This document shows positions 40,895-47,044 of a DNA stretch of 47,044 bases, one piece after another (the first letter of the stretch is position 1; each line of letters opens with the position of its first letter). Location of the stretch: the NCBI GenBank assembly GCA_964574865.1, contig CAZNOT010000002.1:1-47044 (forward strand), given 5' to 3'. A program made the position numbers and the translations under genes. This DNA comes from an uncultured Candidatus Saccharibacteria bacterium (lineage in GTDB: Bacteria; Patescibacteriota; Minisyncoccia; Phycocordibacterales; JAACPR01). The notes below the pieces were generated by a model that ran no database searches, was not told the origin of the DNA, and worked only from the letters and a program-made list of their open reading frames with translations.

Positions 40895-41980
40895 TCATGG
40901 GTACCGCGCCAGGAACGCGTTGCTCCAGCGGGCATCCTCGGTGACCTCGCGCTTGACCGTGATGAAGCTCGGCGTGACGACCTCGTCGCCGCGGGCGGGC
41001 GTCTCGGCCTCGAGCTTGATGATCCCGGTCGGCTTGAGGAACCGGTCGAGCTCCCACCGCTGGCCGCCCTCGTCGAACACGAACCGAACCTTTTTCACGA
41101 ACGGCGCGTCTCGGTGGGCGTCTCTGGCCTCTCCGAACTCGAACGGGGTGACCACGGCCGACACCTCGGCGCGGACGCCGCTCTCGCCGACCTCGCGCTT
41201 CCACGTGCGGCTGTGCGTGAGGCTGCCGTCCGGGAGCCTCCGACGGCGGTAGCGGCTGCCGTCCGGGAGGTAGAACTGGAAGATCTCTACCTTGACGGGG
41301 CGCCGCTCGGCGAGCGCCGCCTCGTCGTAGGACGTAACCTCGAACCAGCGCTCGATTTCGAGCGGCTCAGGGGTTCCCGTGAACCGGCACGCCGCTTCGA
41401 CCGCCCGCCGCACCTTCTCGGCGAAGGTGCCCCGGTTGTCGATTGGGTAGCGGTGCTCGATGTGCTGGTAGGCGTCGACGAGCAGTTTGTCCCGGCGGCG
41501 CGCTTCCTCTGCTGTCTCGAAGCGTGCCTGGTTGTTCTCTAGGGTGTAGAACGCTTCGGCGCCGTCGGCGGCGGTCGTCAGGTGGATGACGCCCCAGTCG
41601 TCCATCTTGGTGCTCTCAGCTGGACTGAGCGCGGCCATAAGCTTGGCCCAGTCGGCTGGGTCTGTGTAGGCCTTCGCGTCGAGCCAGGTACGGTCGTAAA
41701 TGATCACGACCGGCTGCCCGGCCTCTTCGGCGAGTGACTCGGCGGTCCGCTCGAGCCAGAGAGACTTAACGACCTCGAAGTCGAAAAGGCTCCGCTGGAA
41801 GAGCGAGGTGCCCAGCTTGGGCGGCGACATTCGGTTCAGGATGAGCGCGGTAGCGCCTTCGAAACCGATGATCACCTTGAACCCAGCTTCTTCCAGGCGT
41901 TCGGCGATGGCGATGAGGGCGGTCGTTTTGCCGCCGCAGGGTCCTCCGGTGAGGACAATTCGGTGTATTTTTGTGCTCAT
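40895..41980 (-). CDS. P-loop ATPase (AAA_28/NadR-kinase-like) fused to a CYTH (triphosphate tunnel) domain
   Basis: 361 aa. Walker A LTGGPCGGKTT at the N-terminus. The C-terminal half starts with EIERWFEV (the CYTH ExExK-type motif) and continues with beta-strand repeats up to IIKLEAE. Confidence 0.65.
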   Translation of the reverse strand: MSTKIHRIVLTGGPCGGKTTALIAIAERLEEAGFKVIIGFEGATALILNRMSPPKLGTSLFQRSLFDFEVVKSLWLERTAESLAEEAGQPVVIIYDRTWLDAKAYTDPADWAKLMAALSPAESTKMDDWGVIHLTTAADGAEAFYTLENNQARFETAEEARRRDKLLVDAYQHIEHRYPIDNRGTFAEKVRRAVEAACRFTGTPEPLEIERWFEVTSYDEAALAERRPVKVEIFQFYLPDGSRYRRRRLPDGSLTHSRTWKREVGESGVRAEVSAVVTPFEFGEARDAHRDAPFVKKVRFVFDEGGQRWELDRFLKPTGIIKLEAETPARGDEVVTPSFITVKREVTEDARWSNAFLARYP

Positions 41981-42034
41981 GTGTTGGGAAGGGTTGTTCC
42001 ACTGGCGAAGCTAGCACGCGCCCTGACCCTCTGC

Positions 42035-42040
42035 TAGATT
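42035..42040 (+). promoter_or_regulatory. -10 box TAGATT, 9 nt before GT2 ATG 42050
   Basis: TGcTAGATT, extended form. Confidence 0.5.
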
Positions 42041-42049
42041 CGTTGGGCT

Positions 42050-43651
42050 ATGCCCGAAAACGCCGAAAACGGCGCAGCCGCAGGCTCCCGCGCGGAGCCG
42101 CTCTACCTCCCGGAATCCCTCAAGGCCGGGCGCGCCTCCGACCTGCCGGCCGGGAAAGAACGCCGGCTGTACCGCGCGCTCGAGATTCTGCCGGGGGCGC
42201 TCTCCTGGGGGACGCTCGTCGGGGCGGTCGTGGTCTCGGCGTGGGCGCCGGTCCTCGCGAGCTACCTCATCATCGCCTTCGACCTCTACTGGCTGCTGAA
42301 GACGGTCAACCTGTCGCTGCACCACTACCACAACTGGCGGCGCATGAGGTCGAACGTGGCGCTCGATTGGCAGGCTAAGCTTGCCGCTGATTTTGGCGCG
42401 CGCGCGGCCGACGTGTGGCACCTCGTCCTCCTGCCGTACTACCGGGAAGACGAGGTCGTCGTGCGCGGCACGCTCGAGGCTCTGGCTGGGGCGCGCTACG
42501 ACCTTTCAAAAATTCTCGTCGTCCTGGCGGCCGAGGCGCGCGCCGGCGCGGCGGCCGAAGCTCTTGGCCGGAAGATGGCGGCCGATTTCGGCGGCTGCTT
42601 CGGCGGCTTCTTGCTCTCGGTACACCCGGCCGATCGAGCCGGCGAGATGCCGGGCAAGGGCTCGAACATCTCGTACGCCGCCGAGCGGGCGCGCGCGGAA
42701 ATTCTCTCGCCGCGCGGCCTCGACGAGGCGAAGGTTCTGGTCTCGGCCTTCGACGTCGATACCGTCGCCGGCCCCGACTACTTCAGCTGCCTCACCTGGC
42801 ACTACCTGGGCGACCCGGACCCGAGCACGGCCTCGTTCCAGCCGGTGCCGCTCTACAACAACAACATCTGGCACGTACCGTCCTTCTCTCGGGTGGCGGC
42901 GCTCTCGTCGACGTACTGGCAGATGATCGAGCAGGAACGTCCCGAGCGCCTCGTGACGTTCTCGTCGCACGCGGTGCCGTTCGCGACGCTGCGGAAGGTG
43001 AACTACTGGCAGCGCAACATGGTGTCCGAGGATTCGCGTATTTTCTGGAACCTCTTCTTCGCGCACGGCGGGAACTACCGCGTCGTGCCGATCGCGTACC
43101 CGGTCTCGATGGACGCGAACCTGGGCGCCAACATTTGGCAGACGGCGGTGAACACCTACAAGCAGCACCGCCGGTGGTGCTGGGGATCGGAGAACGTGCC
43201 GTACCTCCTGTACCACCTGCTGCGCCACCCGACGATACCGCTCCGCCGGCGTTTGCGCACCGCGCTCACGCAGCTCGAGGGGTACTGGTCGCTCGCCACG
43301 AACCCGCTCATCATCATGCTCCTCGGCTGGCTGCCTGTAATCCTCGGCGGACGGCGCTTCAACGATTCGGTGCTCGCGTACAATCTGCCGTTCGTGACGA
43401 GCGCGATTATGACCGTCGCGATGGGCGGCCTCGTGCTGTCGGCGGTTATCGGCCTCTCGCTCCTGCCGCCGTACCCGGCGAACATGCCCGGCAAGTTGCG
43501 GCGCTACGCGATGATGACGGTGCAGTGGATTCTCGTGCCGCTCCACATTGTCATCTTCGGGTCTGTCCCGGGGCTCGACGCGCAGACCCGCCTTATGCTG
43601 GGGCGGTACATGGGGTTCTGGGTGACGCCGAAGACGCGGAGCGATAGGTAA
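42050..43651 (+). CDS. membrane-embedded family 2 glycosyltransferase (processive, cellulose-synthase-like)
   Basis: 533 aa. N- and C-terminal TM bundles, the GT-A core (LLPYYRED, FDVDT) and QHRRWCWG (Q-x-x-R-W). Confidence 0.75.
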   Translation: MPENAENGAAAGSRAEPLYLPESLKAGRASDLPAGKERRLYRALEILPGALSWGTLVGAVVVSAWAPVLASYLIIAFDLYWLLKTVNLSLHHYHNWRRMRSNVALDWQAKLAADFGARAADVWHLVLLPYYREDEVVVRGTLEALAGARYDLSKILVVLAAEARAGAAAEALGRKMAADFGGCFGGFLLSVHPADRAGEMPGKGSNISYAAERARAEILSPRGLDEAKVLVSAFDVDTVAGPDYFSCLTWHYLGDPDPSTASFQPVPLYNNNIWHVPSFSRVAALSSTYWQMIEQERPERLVTFSSHAVPFATLRKVNYWQRNMVSEDSRIFWNLFFAHGGNYRVVPIAYPVSMDANLGANIWQTAVNTYKQHRRWCWGSENVPYLLYHLLRHPTIPLRRRLRTALTQLEGYWSLATNPLIIMLLGWLPVILGGRRFNDSVLAYNLPFVTSAIMTVAMGGLVLSAVIGLSLLPPYPANMPGKLRRYAMMTVQWILVPLHIVIFGSVPGLDAQTRLMLGRYMGFWVTPKTRSDR

Positions 43652-43714
43652 AAAGTAGCAGGTAAAAAGTTCGGGCCTGGTTTTACTTGTCAGTTTTTAC
43701 CTGTTACTTTTTAC
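43648..43714. repeat. AT-rich 21-nt inverted repeat with reiterated GTAAAAA motifs
   Basis: GTAAAAAGTAGCAGGTAAAAA (43648..43668) versus the reverse complement of TTTTTACCTGTTACTTTTTAC (43694..43714). One mismatch and a 25-nt spacer. It fills the GT2-PEGA intergenic gap. Confidence 0.75.
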
Positions 43715-43721
43715 TTCGCCA

Positions 43722-44699
43722 ATGACCCCGCTCTCCCGCGCCCGCCGCAACCTCTACCTCGCCGCGCTCGTGGCGATTTTCGCCGCGCTCACCCCGGTCC
43801 TCATCGGCTACGCGCAGGGCTACCGTTTCTCGGACCTCGGCGACGTGCTGCGCCTCATCAAGACCGGCGGCGTCTACGTCTCGCTCGGCGAGTCTGGCGT
43901 CACCGTCTCGGTCGACGGCGACGAGCGCGAGACGACCTCGTTCATCTCTCGGAACGCGCTCGTGCAGAACCTCTTCGCGGGTAGCTACCGCGTCGCCGTC
44001 TCGAAGCCCGGCTACCAGACGTGGGAGAAGGAGCTCCAGGTGTACCCCGAGCTCGTGACCGAGTGGCGCCCGGCGCTCGTGCCGGACCCGGTGCCGCTCG
44101 TCGAGATCGCGAAGACGCTCCCGGTCGCCACGTCGACCCGCGCCACGGGCACCGTTCCAGCCAAGCCGGCCACGAACCCCGCGTACGCGCCGGCGGCCGC
44201 GCTCTTCGCGCCCGCCGCGACGACCAAGCCGGCGGGGAAGGCGACCACCACGCCCGAGCGCCTCGCCGTCATCGCGACGCTCGCCGAGGCGGGCCGACGC
44301 GACCTCGAGAAGGAGCCGACGCTCAAGGTTTCGGGCGAGACGGGCGCGTGGCTGCGCGGCGGGAGCCTGCGCTTCGCGTGGCTCGGCGACGCCGACGCGA
44401 CGCCGTACTACCTCTGCTCGCCCGAGACGGGCGACGGCCCCGAGGCGGCCTCGGCCGAGAGCTGCGTCGACGAGTCGATCGTCTCGCTCCCGAATCCCGT
44501 CCTCTGGTTCGACTTCGCGCCCGGTCGCGACGACCTCTTCCTCGTCGTCACGAAGACCGGCCTGTGGCTCGTCGAGGCCGACGGCCGCGGCGGCCGCAAC
44601 GCCGCGCTCCTCAAGTCGGGCGACGGCATCGAGGCGCGCGTCTCGGGTTCCGCCGTCGTGCTGCGCCAGGGCGGCCGCTACTGGGAGGTGGAAATTTAG
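43722..44699 (+). CDS. PEGA-domain membrane-anchored protein
   Basis: 325 aa. N-terminal TM helix. GSYRVAVSKPGYQTWEKELQV is a PEGA-type motif. An Ala/Pro/Thr linker and a C-terminal beta domain follow. Confidence 0.6.
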   Translation: MTPLSRARRNLYLAALVAIFAALTPVLIGYAQGYRFSDLGDVLRLIKTGGVYVSLGESGVTVSVDGDERETTSFISRNALVQNLFAGSYRVAVSKPGYQTWEKELQVYPELVTEWRPALVPDPVPLVEIAKTLPVATSTRATGTVPAKPATNPAYAPAAALFAPAATTKPAGKATTTPERLAVIATLAEAGRRDLEKEPTLKVSGETGAWLRGGSLRFAWLGDADATPYYLCSPETGDGPEAASAESCVDESIVSLPNPVLWFDFAPGRDDLFLVVTKTGLWLVEADGRGGRNAALLKSGDGIEARVSGSAVVLRQGGRYWEVEI

Positions 44700-44711
44700 C
44701 CGCGCGGGGGC

Positions 44712-44717
44712 TAGTAT
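44712..44717 (+). promoter_or_regulatory. -10 box TAGTAT, 9 nt before pheS ATG 44727
   Basis: GGCTAGTAT context. Confidence 0.5.
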
Positions 44718-44726
44718 TCGCCGCGC

Positions 44727-45530
44727 ATGAGCGAGACGACTCACCCCGGGCACCCGCACCCCGTCTCGCGCGTCCTGGACGAGCTCGTCTCCATTTTCGA
44801 GAGCCTCGGCTTCTCGGTCGCCTCGGGGCCGGAGCTCGAGAACGGCTTCCACAACTTTGACGCGCTCAACGTGCCGAAGGACCACCCGTCCCGCGACATG
44901 CAGGACACCTTCTGGCTCAAGAAGCCCGAGGGGGCGTCGCCGTTCTCGGGCGACCCAGCCGACGCGCCCGCCGAGCTCCTCCGCACGCACACCTCGAGCG
45001 TGCAGGTTCGCTACATGCGGCAGCTCGTCGCCGAGTGCCGCGCGGCGGGGAAGGAGGTGCCACCGTTCCGTATCGTGGCGCCCGGCAAGGTGTACCGCAA
45101 CGAGGCCACCGACCGGACGCACGAGGTGCAGTTCCACCAGCTAGAGGGTCTGTGCGTCGGCCCCGGCGTCTCGCTCGCGAACCTGAAGTGGACTTTGGCC
45201 CGGTTCGCCGAGGGGCTCTTCGGCTCGGGCACCGCGGTGCGCCTGCGCCCGGCGTTCTTCCCGTTCGTCGAGCCGGGTGTGGAGGTAGACGCCTCGTGCG
45301 TTGCCTGCGCCCAGGCGGGCTGCCCGACCTGCAAGGGTACCGGCTGGGTCGAGATTCTGGGCGCCGGCATGGTGCACCCGAAGGTGCTCTCGGCGGTTGG
45401 CATCGACCCGCGGAAGTGCTCGGGCTTCGCGTTCGGCATGGGCGTCGACCGTGTGGCGATGATGCGGTACGGCGTCGACGACGTGCGCCACTTCTACTCG
45501 GGCGATCTGCGCGTGGTCGACCAGTTTTAA
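44727..45530 (+). CDS. pheS: phenylalanine-tRNA ligase alpha subunit (lacks the N-terminal coiled-coil arm)
   Basis: [30 protein letters not shown], the FPFVEP motif, the Cys4 cluster [22 protein letters not shown], and the ending DLRVVDQF. Confidence 0.92.
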   Translation: MSETTHPGHPHPVSRVLDELVSIFESLGFSVASGPELENGFHNFDALNVPKDHPSRDMQDTFWLKKPEGASPFSGDPADAPAELLRTHTSSVQVRYMRQLVAECRAAGKEVPPFRIVAPGKVYRNEATDRTHEVQFHQLEGLCVGPGVSLANLKWTLARFAEGLFGSGTAVRLRPAFFPFVEPGVEVDASCVACAQAGCPTCKGTGWVEILGAGMVHPKVLSAVGIDPRKCSGFAFGMGVDRVAMMRYGVDDVRHFYSGDLRVVDQF

Positions 45531-45533
45531 TTT

Positions 45534-47044
45534 ATGAGAATCCCGTACTCCTGGCTCTCAGAAATGTTCGCGGCGCCGCTCCCGGCTCCGAAGGACTTGG
45601 CGCACCTCCTCACGATGCGCTCTTTCGAGATTGAGGGCATCGAGGGCGAGGGTGATGCCTCAGTCATCGAAGCCGACGTGCTGCCGAACCGCGCGCACGA
45701 CTGTCTGGGCCTCCGCTACGTCGCGCGCGAGGTGTCCGCGATTACCGGCGTGGCCCTCAAGAACGAGCCGGAGCCGGCGCTGCCCGAGGGCGCCGCGCCG
45801 TCCGTTTCTATCTCCGTCGAAGACGCGCGCTGCCGCCGCTACGTGATGGTTGAGGTCTCCGGCGTCTCCGTGTCCGAGTCCCCGGTGTGGCTCAAGGAGA
45901 AAATCGCCGCGATGGGGCAGCGCTCGATCAACTCGGTCGTGGACGCCTCGAACTTGGTGCTCTTCCTCGAGAACCAGCCGACGCACGCGTTCGACGCGGA
46001 CAAGGTGAAGGGGGCGATCCGCGTGCGTGCCTCGGCGGAGGGCGAGCGGATGACGACGCTCGACGGCCGCGACCTCGCGCTCGATCCGGGCACGCTCGTC
46101 ATCGCCGACGACGAGGGGCCGCTCGCGATCGCCGGCGTGAAGGGCGGCAACCGCTCGGGCGTCTCGGCCTCGACGACGCGCGTCTACCTCGAGTCCGCGA
46201 ACTTCGATCCGGTCACCGTCCGCAAGGCCGGCCAGCGCTACGACCTGCGCACCGATTCCTCGAAGCGCTTCGAGGTCGAGATTACGCCCGAGCTCGCCGC
46301 GCGCGGCATGGCCCGCCTGGTGGACACGCTGCGCGAGGTGGCGGCGGGGGACGGGTTCGCCGTCTCCGGCGCCCTCGATCACTACCCGCGCCGCGCGCAT
46401 CCGTACCGGACGGGCGTTTCGGCCTCGGAGGCCTCCGCGCTCCTCGGCCGCCCGGTCACCTTGGCCGAGGCGAAGCGCGCGCTCGAATCTTTGGGCTGCG
46501 AGACCCGCGAGCTCGCGAACCCGGCCGCCCGCATCCTCGAGGTCGCCGCCGCGGCGGTCGGCAAGCCGTACAGGTACGGCGCCTCGGTGCTCTACGACGC
46601 GCCGAGCGCGTTCGACTGCTCGTCGCTCGCGGCCTACGCGTGCGCCGAGGCGGGGCTCTCCGCGCCGCGCATCACGGTCGACCAGTTCGCGTGGGGCCGC
46701 GAGGTTTCTGAAGCCGAGCTCCAGCCGGGCGACCTCGTCTTCTCGTGCGTCGGCGGCGCGGTGCGGCGCGCGCCGCAGCGTGCGACCTTGGAGTACGCGC
46801 GCGGCTCGAAAGTTGCGACGCCGGACGACTGCGGCGTAGACCACTGCGGCGTTTACGCCGGCGACGGCGAGGTGATTCACGCTACTTCGAACGGTGGCGA
46901 CATTGTGAAGCGCGAGAAACTCGCCGAGAGCGGGCAGTTCAAGAAGGTTGTCGGCTACCGCCGCGCCGCGCTCCGCGACGAGCCGCGGCTGGTGGCGACC
47001 GTGCCGCCCGAGCGCCTCGACCTGCGCGCGCCGGAAGATTTGAT
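45534..47044 (+). CDS. pheT: phenylalanine-tRNA ligase beta subunit, 3'-truncated by the window edge; lacks the B2 OB domain and carries an inserted NlpC/P60 domain
   Basis: Not in the ORF track because there is no stop in the window; hand-translated and open to 47044. MRIPYSWLSEMF, LPNRAHDCLGLRYVAREV, B3/B4 (QRSINSVVDASNLVLF), B5 (LLGRPVTLAEAKRALESLGCE), and VPPERLDLRAPEDL at the end. Confidence 0.88.
   Translation, partial: MRIPYSWLSEMFAAPLPAPKDLAHLLTMRSFEIEGIEGEGDASVIEADVLPNRAHDCLGLRYVAREVSAITGVALKNEPEPALPEGAAPSVSISVEDARCRRYVMVEVSGVSVSESPVWLKEKIAAMGQRSINSVVDASNLVLFLENQPTHAFDADKVKGAIRVRASAEGERMTTLDGRDLALDPGTLVIADDEGPLAIAGVKGGNRSGVSASTTRVYLESANFDPVTVRKAGQRYDLRTDSSKRFEVEITPELAARGMARLVDTLREVAAGDGFAVSGALDHYPRRAHPYRTGVSASEASALLGRPVTLAEAKRALESLGCETRELANPAARILEVAAAAVGKPYRYGASVLYDAPSAFDCSSLAAYACAEAGLSAPRITVDQFAWGREVSEAELQPGDLVFSCVGGAVRRAPQRATLEYARGSKVATPDDCGVDHCGVYAGDGEVIHATSNGGDIVKREKLAESGQFKKVVGYRRAALRDEPRLVATVPPERLDLRAPEDL

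Overview
GC-rich (about two-thirds G+C by eye, with codon third positions almost all G/C) bacterial chromosome segment. It is densely coded, mostly on the + strand. I call 45 protein genes, plus tRNA-Arg(CCG) and tRNA-Thr(UGU). There is no rRNA, CRISPR array, transposase or integrase. By inference, the gene content looks like a reduced CPR/Patescibacteria (Parcubacteria-like) genome. Evidence for that: split transketolase, class I aldolase, short EF-Ts and RF1, PheS without its N-terminal arm, PheT without the OB domain, a type IV pilus operon, and giant surface proteins. Layout: (1) 1-4.3 kb: small membrane proteins, GIY-YIG, a DUF45 peptidase, tRNA-Arg followed by an att-like duplication of its 3' end, and comF. 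(2) 4.4-11.9 kb: type IV pilus operon pilM, N-like, O-like, small protein, pilB, CheY-type receiver, pilT, pilC. (3) gatB. (4) 13.6-25.8 kb: an accessory surface island. It holds a 1043-aa tail-fibre-like protein with a phage-type S74 intramolecular-chaperone domain and an in-frame low-GC cassette of about 0.9 kb. It also holds a tight four-gene module resembling WxL/DUF916 loci, a 1261-aa beta-propeller protein whose promoter and start codon lie in a 24-bp perfect palindrome, and a DUF3068-like plus CHASE membrane protein with no output domain. (5) 25.8-34.8 kb: sugar-phosphate metabolism (gap, rpiB, rpe-like, split tkt, pfkB-type kinase, class I fba, FAD oxidase). (6) 34.9-47 kb: translation genes (rplY, rpmE, prfA, rpsB, tsf, pheS, pheT), interrupted by a lytic transglycosylase, tRNA-Thr, an AAA-CYTH fusion, a membrane GT2 and a PEGA protein. 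Best leads: the four-gene surface module and its flanking giant genes; the mosaic low-GC cassette; an NlpC/P60 domain inserted in frame into PheT; -10 boxes 6-12 nt upstream of start codons with no Shine-Dalgarno at most genes (leaderless-type architecture); TAG as the majority stop codon; and two unexplained inverted-repeat elements (rpsB-tsf spacer and GT2-PEGA spacer). All homology calls come from motif recognition by eye, not from database searches.
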